The position numbers were made by a program, and so were the translations under genes. From the NCBI GenBank assembly GCA_965230295.1, contig OZ246001.1:1632001-1696000 (forward strand): a DNA stretch of 64,000 bases, given 5' to 3'. Position 1 is the stretch's first letter. Each line of letters opens with the position of its first letter. The notes below the pieces were generated by a model. The model made no database searches and had not been told where the DNA came from. It was given only the letters and a program-made list of their open reading frames with translations. The stretch is from Marinicella sp. (lineage in GTDB: Bacteria; Pseudomonadota; Gammaproteobacteria; Xanthomonadales; Marinicellaceae). Below are positions 19,839 through 30,906 of the stretch, one piece after another.

Positions 19839-21098
19839 TCAGATGTCAAATTTCGGTAGCTTCTTCTCCACCAATTGTTGTGATATGCGCACATAATTGG
19901 GTAGTCCATTGTCATTGTAGGGTGGATACGCTTCTCCGACAATCAATGGTTGCATGTATTTTCGACATTTTTCAGTGATACCAAAGCCATCTTCGGTGAT
20001 GTAATCCCGAGGCAACATTTTTTCAACATTGGCCAGATCTTTCAATTCAGCAGTGGCGATTTCCCACTGATAAGGCTCATCTTGCAAGCGCTTGATCACT
20101 GGCATCACCGAGTTGCGGCCTGCTACTGCCAATTCGATGGCGTTCTCACCCACCGCATAAGCCTGCTCCAGATCTGTTTTCGAAGCCAAATGTCTTGCCG
20201 AACGCTGCAGATAATCGCTGATGGCATAATGGTATTTATAACCCAACTGATCTTTGACCATTTGAGCAATCACTGAAGCCACGCCGCCCAGCTGTGCATG
20301 ACCAAAGGCATCCGTGGTTCCCGCATCGGCCAAGAACTTGCCTTCAGGGTTTCGTACCCCTTCAGAGACCACCACCGAGCAGTATCCATGGTTTTCCACA
20401 GACCATTTAACCCGTTCTAAAAATGCTTGTTGGTCAAATGGAATTTCCGGGAACAAAATAATCTGAGGTGGTTCGTCATGATTTTTTCCAGCCAAGCCAC
20501 CAGCCGCTGCAATCCAACCCGCATGCCGACCCATCACTTCCATGATGAAAACTTTGGTTGAACTTTCAGCCATCGACTCAACATCGAGGCTGGCTTCCAT
20601 CACTGAGGTGGCGATGTATTTCGCTGTGGTGCCAAAACCAGGGCAGGTATCGGTCACTGGTAGGTCATTATCAATGGTTTTGGGCACGCCAATACAAGTG
20701 ACGTCCAGACCTTTGGCCTTGGCCATCTGTGAAACTTTAAAGGCGGTGTCTGAAGAATCACCGCCACCGTTGTAGAGAAAATACCCAATGTTGTGGGCTT
20801 TGAACACGTCAATGAGTCGTTCGTATTCTGCCCGTTGCGCTTCCATGTCTTTTAATTTATAACGGCATGAACCGAAAGCACCTCCTGGGGTGTGGCGTAA
20901 CGCTGCGATGTCTGCATCACTGTGTTGGGCCGTGTCTACCAACTCTTCACGCAACACGCCAATGATGCCATTTTTGGCTCCAAATACGGTTCCCACTTCA
21001 GGGTTTTTTCTGGCCGCCTCAATCACGCCACAGGCCGTGGCATTGATAACGGCTGTGACACCACCTGATTGACAATAAAGGGCGTTCTTCTTAGACAT
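19839..21098 (-). CDS. pfp: Pyrophosphate-dependent 6-phosphofructokinase
   Basis: QSGGVTAVIN, GGGDS, PKTIDND, MGRHAGW. Start moved to MSKKNAL (21098). Confidence 0.88.
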   Translation of the reverse strand: MSKKNALYCQSGGVTAVINATACGVIEAARKNPEVGTVFGAKNGIIGVLREELVDTAQHSDADIAALRHTPGGAFGSCRYKLKDMEAQRAEYERLIDVFKAHNIGYFLYNGGGDSSDTAFKVSQMAKAKGLDVTCIGVPKTIDNDLPVTDTCPGFGTTAKYIATSVMEASLDVESMAESSTKVFIMEVMGRHAGWIAAAGGLAGKNHDEPPQIILFPEIPFDQQAFLERVKWSVENHGYCSVVVSEGVRNPEGKFLADAGTTDAFGHAQLGGVASVIAQMVKDQLGYKYHYAISDYLQRSARHLASKTDLEQAYAVGENAIELAVAGRNSVMPVIKRLQDEPYQWEIATAELKDLANVEKMLPRDYITEDGFGITEKCRKYMQPLIVGEAYPPYNDNGLPNYVRISQQLVEKKLPKFDI

Positions 21099-21494
21099 AT
21101 ATTCTTTCCTGATTGTATTGTTTAGCGAGATCACAAACGATTCCGGGTTTTTGAAAAAATCAAAATTGAAAAATCCGCTTGTGACCTTGTGTATAAATCC
21201 ACCACTGAAACTCAGGGTTCGGCTGTAGAATTTTTATTTTTTCAAATTTTTTGACCAATCCATGAATTATGTAAAGGTCTCATATTGACTAAAATGCTTT
21301 GGGCGTGTACTGTAGCACGTTTTTTAGCTCAAAGACCCAAAGTGACTCTGTCGTAGTACTCAGGCAGCCGATTTTAACTGAAATCGTGCGCCATTGCATG
21401 ACGTCTGACAGCATTATTGACATCACCAATGAATTCATTTTTTAGGTTTTTGCAGCAACTGTTTAAGCAAAACAAATCAACTGAAGAGCAACAT

Positions 21495-22058
21495 ATGAGA
21501 ATTGTATTATTAGGCGCGCCAGGAAGCGGCAAGGGCACACAAGCCAAGCTGATCGTAGAAAAACTCAACATCCCTCACATTTCAACCGGCGACTTACTGC
21601 GTGGTGCCATTGCAGCCAAAACACCGCTGGGTTTAGCAGCCAAAGAAGTCATGGACAAAGGAGACCTGGTTTCAGACGAAATTGTGTTGGGAATGCTCAA
21701 AGACCGGGTTACTCAGGCTGATGCCAACGATGGATTCATCTTGGACGGTTTTCCTCGCAATGTCACCCAGGCAGAAATGTTGGAAGACTTGTTACAAGAG
21801 CTTGATATGTCTTTGGATCATGCATTGTTGATCGAAGTGGATCCTGATGAAGTGGTCGAGCGGATCGCCAAACGGGCTGAAATAGAAGGCCGCACCGACG
21901 ACACCGAAGAAGTGGTGCGCAACCGTTTGGATATCTATAAGCAACAAACTGCACCTGTTGCTGATTACTACAAAAAACAAGAGATTGTGACCGAGGTGCT
22001 GGGTAAAGGCAGCATTGAAGACGTCCAACAACGCATTCAAGCCGTACTGCGGTTTTAA
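21495..22058 (+). CDS. adk: Adenylate kinase, short LID-less type
   Basis: GAPGSGKGTQA, HISTGDLLR, LDGFPR, GRTDD. Start placed at MRIVLLG. Confidence 0.96.
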   Translation: MRIVLLGAPGSGKGTQAKLIVEKLNIPHISTGDLLRGAIAAKTPLGLAAKEVMDKGDLVSDEIVLGMLKDRVTQADANDGFILDGFPRNVTQAEMLEDLLQELDMSLDHALLIEVDPDEVVERIAKRAEIEGRTDDTEEVVRNRLDIYKQQTAPVADYYKKQEIVTEVLGKGSIEDVQQRIQAVLRF

Positions 22059-22070
22059 ACTAAAATTTCC

Positions 22071-22099
22071 GTCATCCTCGGGCTTGACCCGGGGATCCA
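22071..22099. repeat. Single REP-like hairpin (GTCATCCTCGGGCTTGACCCGGGGATCCA)
   Basis: GTCA foot plus imperfect ATCCTCGGG/CCCGGGGAT stem directly after adk. Confidence 0.7.
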
Positions 22100-22111
22100 C
22101 TTTATTGAGAG

Positions 22112-22465
22112 ATGCCTTACAGTAAAATCGATTTTATCAACGACTTTCAATCAATATTAGAATACAAATCTATAGATACAACTCTCTTTGAAGGATGTTT
22201 TGAATACCTGGCCCAACCTATTTTTGAAGGTACTCATCAACAAGGCACTTGGTACGATGGTTTCCTACTTCATGAAATTCAAAGAAGAAAGTCAAAACAA
22301 ATCAAGCTTGTTGGCAAAATGTGGGTCGCGCTCAATAACAAACAATGGTTAGAAGCATGTGAGATTACTTTGACAGATCAAACAATCGTTAAACAAGGCA
22401 TCATGATCAAGATCAAAATGTATGATTCACAAATTGAAAAATCATTGGACGACATTTGGGACTAA
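22112..22465 (+). CDS. Hypothetical protein (AT-rich gene)
   Basis: 117-aa ORF filling the gap, GAGA RBS-like sequence, no recognised motif. Confidence 0.65.
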   Translation: MPYSKIDFINDFQSILEYKSIDTTLFEGCFEYLAQPIFEGTHQQGTWYDGFLLHEIQRRKSKQIKLVGKMWVALNNKQWLEACEITLTDQTIVKQGIMIKIKMYDSQIEKSLDDIWD

Positions 22466-22728
22466 CCAACCACGCTCATCAAAATCACCACGATGGGCGT
22501 GATCAGCGCAATCAAAAAACACCTCAAAGTCACCTTCAGTAAACTGAATTTCGGATTGGCATAGATATAAATGGCATTGATGATGGCAGTCAGCGGAATG
22601 GCCAGTAAACCCAATAAATAAGCTCCCAAACCAACAAATGAACCGTTACCCGTGTTCATTTCAATCACCACATAAACCACCAATGCCTGAATCACCATCG
22701 GGATCAGAACGCCATAAATATACTTCAT
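22462..22728 (-). CDS. Small hypothetical membrane protein (3 TM)
   Basis: 88 aa with three hydrophobic segments. Confidence 0.7.
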   Translation of the reverse strand: MKYIYGVLIPMVIQALVVYVVIEMNTGNGSFVGLGAYLLGLLAIPLTAIINAIYIYANPKFSLLKVTLRCFLIALITPIVVILMSVVG

Positions 22729-22770
22729 GAATTTATTCTGCTAAATATCATTTGATTTGGCAAGCAGGTA

Positions 22771-23016
22771 TTAATCGTTTAACTGTCCTTTGGTCACCAA
22801 AAAACGCATGACTGGGTCATTGTCTTGAATTTTGTCCAAGGTATGACCAAATCGTTCACACCATATCTCAAAATCAAGCTCTGCATGAACGTCTGTGACT
22901 TCAATACACACCTTGGCACCAGCCGGTATATCCTGCATGGTTTGTTTAAGCAACATCAAGGGCATGGGACAAATCAAACCCGATGCATCAATGTGGGTGG
23001 TGGTTTTGCTGTTCAT
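22771..23016 (-). CDS. TusA/SirA family sulfur carrier
   Basis: IDASGLICPMP motif; start placed at MNSKTT. Confidence 0.88.
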   Translation of the reverse strand: MNSKTTTHIDASGLICPMPLMLLKQTMQDIPAGAKVCIEVTDVHAELDFEIWCERFGHTLDKIQDNDPVMRFLVTKGQLND

Positions 23017-23079
23017 GGCGATGATTGTATGGACAGATCCTGAGGATGCAAGTACGGTGAATGATTTTATTAACCCCAA

Positions 23080-23169
23080 AAAGCAAAAGACCGCCTCGTG
23101 GGGCGGTCTTTTTGGGCCTAGAGATCAAGAAAGGGGGAAAAGGGTGTGTGTGAGCTTGATCTCTACCTT
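23080..23169 (-). ncRNA. Candidate small RNA with C/U-rich loop and intrinsic terminator
   Basis: 11-bp perfect stem (23119-23129/23155-23165) enclosing a C/U-rich loop on the - strand; terminator at 23085-23112; upstream -10 TAAACT and CRP-type site. Confidence 0.6.
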
Positions 23170-23202
23170 GGTACCCAGTTTACGCTTCTATGAGCAGATT
23201 AT

Positions 23203-23218
23203 TGTGATGATGCTCACA
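23203..23218. promoter_or_regulatory. CRP/Clp consensus site
   Basis: TGTGA-TGATGC-TCACA with AT-rich flanks. Confidence 0.7.
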
Positions 23219-23224
23219 AAAAAT

Positions 23225-23256
23225 AAAAAAGGCCCTGAAAAATTTTCAAGGCCTTT
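23225..23256 (-). terminator. groEL terminator
   Basis: AAAGGCCCTGAAA...TTTCAAGGCCTTT with a T-run on the - strand. Confidence 0.85.
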
Positions 23257-23287
23257 AAAATGAACCTAAGAGTTCGGGGAGGTTGGC

Positions 23288-25226
<1,939 letters not shown>

Positions 25227-25318
25227 TATCGAACTCCTTAAAAATTATAGTAATACAGTTTCTTTAAAATGAAGAAGCGCCATGGGCTCTTTATCCATAA
25301 CGCTTCGGTTGGTGTGAC

Positions 25319-25346
25319 ATGTGGGGTTCGCGCTGATGAATTCAAG
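25319..25346 (-). promoter_or_regulatory. sigma32 promoter of groESL
   Basis: - strand CTTGAA-14 nt-CCCCACAT. Confidence 0.85.
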
Positions 25347-25432
25347 TCAATCTAATCAAAATTTCTTTTTTTCTTTTTGCTTTTCAGCTTTGCTTCTAGG
25401 CATTAAGTCGTTTTAAGCTTAATCAAGCCCAT

Positions 25433-25472
25433 CTGCCATACCCGTGGCACATGGTTGTCATAGTATTGTCAC
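25433..25472 (+). promoter_or_regulatory. Four TGNCA direct repeats at 11-bp spacing
   Basis: TGCCA 25434, TGGCA 25445, TGTCA 25456, TGTCA 25467. Confidence 0.6.
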
Positions 25473-25528
25473 ATCGTAAACCCCATTGCCCTGGTATGCT
25501 GTTATTTTCAACAACTGAGGGTAAAATT

Positions 25529-26101
25529 ATGGACATGAAACTGAACCGAAAAACCATCAAAAAACTGCGACTGGCACGTGCCTGGAGTCAGTCACAACTG
25601 GCCGAATTAACCGATTTAAGTCTTCGGACCATTCAACGAATTGAAAAACAAGGCCAGGCCTCCCTGGAATCAGCCAAGTCCCTGGCTGCGGTGTTTGAAA
25701 AGCCCTTACAAACATTGGAAGATAACTCCAAAGCTGCAGTAAAACTGTGGGCAGTGCCGTTGGTAATGACTGGTTTATTGGGCTTGTTATTTATTCTTCC
25801 TGCATCAGCTGACAGCATCATGCTCAATGTATTACTGAAAGAAAAAAACCAGGTACTGGCGGATGTTCAACTCCTCAACAAAGCCAACCAGGAAAGCGAA
25901 TTGAAGTTGGGTACGGACATGAAATTGACATTCTCTACCCATGTCACATCAGATGACATGATCCACATTGCAGTGAAAATTTATGAACGGCTTGAAGGTG
26001 GGATGAAGTTGGTGGCAGAACCCGCCATCAAAACCCAGCACCAACTTCCGGCCGAGATCAAACTGGATGGTTTATCAATCACTCTCGAACCCAACCTCTG
26101 A
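25529..26101 (+). CDS. XRE-HTH protein with a TM/signal-like segment and an extracytoplasmic domain
   Basis: IKKLR..WSQSQLAELTDLSLRTIQRIE, then a hydrophobic stretch ending PASA; GAGG RBS before 25529. Confidence 0.88.
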   Translation: MDMKLNRKTIKKLRLARAWSQSQLAELTDLSLRTIQRIEKQGQASLESAKSLAAVFEKPLQTLEDNSKAAVKLWAVPLVMTGLLGLLFILPASADSIMLNVLLKEKNQVLADVQLLNKANQESELKLGTDMKLTFSTHVTSDDMIHIAVKIYERLEGGMKLVAEPAIKTQHQLPAEIKLDGLSITLEPNL

Positions 26102-26120
26102 TTGGCCTTCCAATTAACTG

Positions 26121-26141
26121 AAGGGCTGCCAAGCAGCCCTT
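26121..26141. terminator. Hairpin between convergent genes
   Basis: AAGGGCTGC-CAA-GCAGCCCTT. Confidence 0.6.
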
Positions 26142-26150
26142 ACCATGGAA

Positions 26151-26918
26151 TCAACTGCGTAAACCTATCCCTTTATGCAGTATGTACCAAGAGATGAAGC
26201 CCAAAATCAACACAAAAGCAATGATGATGCTGTAAGCCAGTCCCACATTGATATCAGAAACACCCAGGAATCCATACCTGAAAGTGTTGACCATGTAGAG
26301 CACCGGGTTGATCAATGACACTTTTTGCCAGAAATCAGGCAGCAAAGTGATCGAGTAAAACACCCCGCCCAAATAGGTCAGAGGTGTCAACACAAAGGTC
26401 GGTATGATGGCAATGTCATCGAATTTGTTAGCAAAGGCCGCATTGATGAATCCACCCAATGAAAACACCACTGAGGTCAGTATCACCGTGGATAAGATGA
26501 TCCACACGTTGTGCACCTGGATTTCAGTAAAGAACAATGAAATCAAGGTCACAATCAAACCCACCATCAAACCGCGGAACAAACTGCCACTGACATAACC
26601 GGCCAAAATGGCCCAATTAGGCATCGGTGAAATCAACAGTTCTTCCACATGCTTGGCGAACTTGGCACCAAAAAACGAGGACACCATGTTGCCATAGGAA
26701 CTGGTGATCACCGCCATCATCACCAAGCCTGGAACGATGAAAGACATGTAATCAAAGCCGCCCATCTGGCCGATGCGTGAACCGATCAAATTACCAAAAA
26801 TGACAAAATACAAGGTCATGGTGATCGCTGGCGGTAACAGGGTTTGTGACCAAATGCGGATGATGCGCGTGATTTCTTTGCGCAACAAGGTCTGAATGCC
26901 TATGCGGGTAGTGCTCAT
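26151..26918 (-). CDS. yadH: ABC-2 transporter permease (YadH-like)
   Basis: RIWSQTLLPP, IVPGLVMMAVI, LTPLTYLGGVFYS. Confidence 0.9.
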   Translation of the reverse strand: MSTTRIGIQTLLRKEITRIIRIWSQTLLPPAITMTLYFVIFGNLIGSRIGQMGGFDYMSFIVPGLVMMAVITSSYGNMVSSFFGAKFAKHVEELLISPMPNWAILAGYVSGSLFRGLMVGLIVTLISLFFTEIQVHNVWIILSTVILTSVVFSLGGFINAAFANKFDDIAIIPTFVLTPLTYLGGVFYSITLLPDFWQKVSLINPVLYMVNTFRYGFLGVSDINVGLAYSIIIAFVLILGFISWYILHKGIGLRS

Positions 26919-27838
26919 GCGACGGCTCCTTTGTTTTCTATCATTTTCACAAACAATTCCTCCAAACGGTTGGCTTTGTTGCGCATCGAACTGACTTTGT
27001 AGCCAGCGTCATCAATGGTTTTGAACACTGAATTCAGGTTTTTTGATTTGGGTACATCAAGTTCTATTGAACAATCATCTTTGTGCACCGCCCCCAAGGT
27101 CTGAAGCAAATCATCATCTGGGTGTTTGTCCAAATCAAAAATAAAGGTCTCGATGTCCAAGGTTTTCAATAAATCCTTGATGGTGGTGTTGCGAACAATT
27201 TCACCGTGATCAATGATGGCGATGTTTTTACACAACTGTTCAGCCTCTTCCAGATAATGCGTGGTGAGGATGATGGTGGTGCCTTGTTCAGCAATCTGTT
27301 CCACGAAAGACCACATGGAACGGCGAATTTCAATGTCCACACCTGCCGTTGGCTCATCCAGAATTAAAATGCGCGGTTCGTTGACCATCGCCCGGGCAAT
27401 CATCAAGCGTCGTTTCATACCGCCAGACAAGCCCCGGGAAACGGTGTTTTTCTTTTCCCACAGTTGCAGTTGTTTTAAATATTTCTCAGCTCTGCGCAAG
27501 GCCTCTTCCCTGGGTACGCCATAATATCCTGCCTGGTTGGCGACAATGTCGATGGGTTTTTCAAACATGTTGAAATTGAATTCCTGCGGTACCAAGCCAA
27601 TCATGGACTTGACTGCCTGACGGTCTTTGATCAGGTCTTTACCAAACACCTTCACATCACCCGAGGTACCATTGACCAATGAAGAAATGATTCCAATCAT
27701 GGTAGATTTACCGGCACCATTGGGGCCCAGCAAGGCAAAAATTTCGCCTGCGGACACTTGCAGGTCTACACCCTTCAGAGCCTGAGTGCCGTCTTTATAG
27801 GTTTTGACTAAATTGTTTATTTCTAATGCTGATTCCAT
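26915..27838 (-). CDS. yadG: ABC transporter ATP-binding protein (YadG-like)
   Basis: GPNGAGKS, LSGGMKRR, ILDEPT, NKANRLEELF. Confidence 0.9.
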   Translation of the reverse strand: MESALEINNLVKTYKDGTQALKGVDLQVSAGEIFALLGPNGAGKSTMIGIISSLVNGTSGDVKVFGKDLIKDRQAVKSMIGLVPQEFNFNMFEKPIDIVANQAGYYGVPREEALRRAEKYLKQLQLWEKKNTVSRGLSGGMKRRLMIARAMVNEPRILILDEPTAGVDIEIRRSMWSFVEQIAEQGTTIILTTHYLEEAEQLCKNIAIIDHGEIVRNTTIKDLLKTLDIETFIFDLDKHPDDDLLQTLGAVHKDDCSIELDVPKSKNLNSVFKTIDDAGYKVSSMRNKANRLEELFVKMIENKGAVA

Positions 27839-27913
27839 AATACACTCAACTTTTTTTGTTGATTTTTCTCAGTTTGACCGTATATTGGCTGGGTTCTTAA
27901 TCAATTTGACCCG

Positions 27914-28084
27914 ATGGAAACTGAGTTTAAAAAATATATTTGTGTTGTTTGTGGCCTCATCTATGACGAAGCTGATGGCTGGCCGGACGATGGCATCGAA
28001 CCTGGTACCCGTTGGGACGATGTGCCCGAAACCTGGATGTGTCCTGATTGTGGCGTCACCAAAGAAGACTTTGAAGAACTGTAA
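27914..28084 (+). CDS. Rubredoxin (56 aa, absent from the supplied ORF track)
   Basis: Translated by hand: [56 protein letters not shown]; CxxCG...CPxCG. Confidence 0.96.
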   Translation: METEFKKYICVVCGLIYDEADGWPDDGIEPGTRWDDVPETWMCPDCGVTKEDFEEL

Positions 28085-28132
28085 GTTCGTACCCAAGTTT
28101 TTTCAACCTAACAAAGCCGGCCGTACCATTGA

Positions 28133-28504
28133 TCATTTCACTTTGATGCACTGCATCAAGCGGTAGTTGCGCCAATGCGCCAGCACCATCAAAGCGCCGC
28201 CCAACACAAACAAAGCGGACTCCATCAAAACACTGACTTGGCCTTCTAACAAAGTGGCCACCACCAAACTACTGTAACCCAAGACAAAATAAGCAATCAC
28301 TGTTTTGTCCTGATGTTGTTGCCAGCCCCTGGCAAACGCCCACAAGGCAATCACCCCGATCACACTCAACCAAATCCAGCCATGACCGAAGTGTGCCCAA
28401 TTCGGCACCACCGCACTGACGCTCAATAAGATGGGCAGCATGGCACATTGAATGGCACACAAGCCAGACAAAAACATGCCTAATTTATCAGCTACAGATT
28501 TCAT
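28133..28504 (-). CDS. MerC-domain membrane protein
   Basis: DKLGMFLSGLCAIQC, four TM segments, AHWRN. Confidence 0.85.
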   Translation of the reverse strand: MKSVADKLGMFLSGLCAIQCAMLPILLSVSAVVPNWAHFGHGWIWLSVIGVIALWAFARGWQQHQDKTVIAYFVLGYSSLVVATLLEGQVSVLMESALFVLGGALMVLAHWRNYRLMQCIKVK

Positions 28505-28708
28505 TTGTGAATTTCAGATCAGGGCTCAAAAAATGATGATAACAGATATGGGATTAAACTGGTCAGTCACAAGTGTTTAAGTTTAATAAGTTTGGTCTCT
28601 CAACCTTGAACCATCAGAACAAACCAAACATGTGTCTGTTAATCTGCTCTCTGTAACAACAAATTCATGCTTTAATGTGTACAATACAGTTTTTGTTGTG
28701 AAGAACCC

Positions 28709-29413
28709 ATGAACGCCAACCACTACCCTCAAGAAATCGAACAATTCGATGGCCAAGCGGCTTTTTGGTGGGACACTGAAGGCCCCTTCAAAACCCTGCA
28801 CCAAATCAACCCAACACGTCTGCAATACATCACTGATCAGGTGTCATTGACTGATAAACGTGTGCTTGATGTCGGTTGTGGTGGTGGCATCCTGTCAGAA
28901 GCATTGACCAAAGCCGGCGCCCACGTCACGGGATTGGATCTGTCAAAGGCTTCTTTACAAACCGCCAAAATGCATTTGTTTGAATCCCGGTTATCAGTGG
29001 ACTACCTACAGCAGAGTATTGAAAATTTTGCGCATGAACACCCTGGCAGCCAAGATGTTATCTGTTGTTTAGAAATGTTGGAACATGTGCCGAACCCCAA
29101 AAGCATCATTGAAGCTTGTTTGGCCGCACTGAAACCAGGGGGCTGGTTGTTTTTATCAACCCTGAATCGACACCCCAAAGCCATGATGCTGGGTATTTTT
29201 GCCGCTGAGCATGTGTTGAAAATCGTCCCCAAAGGCACACATCACTTTGAACAATTCATCAAACCCTCTGAATTGGTGGCGATGCTGAGTGATCAAGCCG
29301 TGGAAATCAAAGACATTTGTGGCATGCGTTACAACCCCATCACCCAAAGTGCCAGCCTGGATCCTGAGGATTTAGACATCAACTATTTTGTGGCCGCCCA
29401 AAAACAACCTTGA
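28709..29413 (+). CDS. ubiG: Ubiquinone biosynthesis O-methyltransferase
   Basis: WWDTEGPFKTLHQINP, LDVGCGGG, EMLEHVP, FIKPSEL. Confidence 0.96.
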   Translation: MNANHYPQEIEQFDGQAAFWWDTEGPFKTLHQINPTRLQYITDQVSLTDKRVLDVGCGGGILSEALTKAGAHVTGLDLSKASLQTAKMHLFESRLSVDYLQQSIENFAHEHPGSQDVICCLEMLEHVPNPKSIIEACLAALKPGGWLFLSTLNRHPKAMMLGIFAAEHVLKIVPKGTHHFEQFIKPSELVAMLSDQAVEIKDICGMRYNPITQSASLDPEDLDINYFVAAQKQP

Positions 29414-29415
29414 CC

Positions 29416-30069
29416 ATGGATAAATACCAGGCCATCTTATTTGACTTAGACGGGACCCTGATTGATACCGCAGTTGACATGATCCATGCCTTGGCTCAGC
29501 TGGCTGACAACCATCAAATCAACCACCAATTGAATGTGGCAGAGTTTCGCCAATACATTTCGTTGGGAGCCGTGGCCCTGGTGAAATCGGTTTTCAGTGA
29601 CCCCGACCCTGAAGAATTAGAAACACTTCGACAAGAGTACCTGGTACTCTACCAACAACAACTCAACACCCACAGTCAATTGTTTGATGGTGTGGGAGAC
29701 TTGATTGCCCATCTGGATCAACAACAAACCCCTTGGGGCATCGTGACCAACAAACCTTCCTGGTTGGCCAAACCCATCGTACAACACACCACGGCGCTAA
29801 AAAACAGCCAGGTGCTGATCTGTGCTGATGATGTGGGCGTTGGAAAACCCGACCCCAAACCCCTGTTAGTGGCTGCCGAACACATGGGGTTGAATCATGC
29901 ACACACCTTATACCTCGGTGATGCCCAATCCGATGTCGATGCCGCCCATGCTGCCGGTATGCAATCAGCCATTGCGATGTGGGGTTATTTGGCCCCCGAT
30001 GACAAGCCTGATGAATGGCTGGCACACCACCGATTTGCCTGGCCCAGAGATTTGATGGTTAATTTTTAA
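29416..30069 (+). CDS. HAD phosphatase (Gph/MupP-like)
   Basis: FDLDGTLIDT, VTNKP, KPDP, GDAQSD; follows ubiG. Confidence 0.9.
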   Translation: MDKYQAILFDLDGTLIDTAVDMIHALAQLADNHQINHQLNVAEFRQYISLGAVALVKSVFSDPDPEELETLRQEYLVLYQQQLNTHSQLFDGVGDLIAHLDQQQTPWGIVTNKPSWLAKPIVQHTTALKNSQVLICADDVGVGKPDPKPLLVAAEHMGLNHAHTLYLGDAQSDVDAAHAAGMQSAIAMWGYLAPDDKPDEWLAHHRFAWPRDLMVNF

Positions 30070-30113
30070 GGGGGTTCTCTGGCAATGTACTCTAAGATTT
30101 ATGCCATTACCCA

Positions 30114-30887
30114 CTACAAACCTTTGAATTTACCGTTGTTGTTTTTCCATTGGTCTTTGGGTGCGATGGTTTCTGTGGTGTCCCAATGCTCAACGATTTG
30201 TCCGCCAGCGACCCGATAAAGATCAAAAAATGAGGCGGGTTGGTGGTTACAGATGCCTTCACAAACTGACAGCACAAAATCGCCTTCTGCCAGCAATCGA
30301 TGGCAGGTTTGGTAAATGATCAGACTGGGGTGATTTTCTTCATGTTCAATCAATGATCGCAACTCAGATATATCGTCCGACAATTGCGGGTTGTGTTCGA
30401 TGAATTGATCTTGGTTGATGTAAGTATCTAAGGCCGTCACATCTCTTCGGATCAGCACTTGGTTGACAAAAGCCTGTACCAGACTGCGATTCGATGTTGT
30501 CTGCTCAAAGTCACTGGCTTCCGTAACCCCATCCACCATGCTGTGACCCGATGAATTGGGTCCTTTTCTGGGTTGGATGTTGTCCCAATGCTCGACCGCC
30601 CGACCTTGTTCAAAGCGAAATATTTCAAATCCGATGTTGCGCGAAGCAAAGTCATATTCGGTGTGGGCAAAGACAAAATCACCGTCTTCAAAAGCACGCA
30701 CCACATTGACTTTAGGCGCGGTCAACGACAATCGTTTAAACAAAGCAGCCAAACCCTCGCTGCCTTCATGGGTTTGTGGGTTGTGCTGGATGTATTTGGC
30801 CTCGTTAACGACCTGGACAGATTCAGGGTCACCCGTTGCTATGCCTTTGAGCAGCCGGCGGATTTTGTCTTTATTACTCAGATTCAC
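30114..30887 (-). CDS. Tandem SnoaL/NTF2-like domain protein
   Basis: Duplicated YIQHNP/FIEHNP ... VEHWD halves. Confidence 0.85.
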   Translation of the reverse strand: MNLSNKDKIRRLLKGIATGDPESVQVVNEAKYIQHNPQTHEGSEGLAALFKRLSLTAPKVNVVRAFEDGDFVFAHTEYDFASRNIGFEIFRFEQGRAVEHWDNIQPRKGPNSSGHSMVDGVTEASDFEQTTSNRSLVQAFVNQVLIRRDVTALDTYINQDQFIEHNPQLSDDISELRSLIEHEENHPSLIIYQTCHRLLAEGDFVLSVCEGICNHQPASFFDLYRVAGGQIVEHWDTTETIAPKDQWKNNNGKFKGL

Positions 30888-30906
30888 TGTGTTTTTTTAA
30901 TGGCGG

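Noticed and set aside
21417-21494. N-terminal extension of adk in the ORF track
   Set aside because: The conserved sequence starts at MRIVLLG with a GAAGAG purine run upstream; the extension is most likely a longest-ORF artefact
22895-23263. 122-aa + strand ORF crossing the sRNA candidate
   Set aside because: Runs antisense to the TusA gene and through two terminators; no protein-like features
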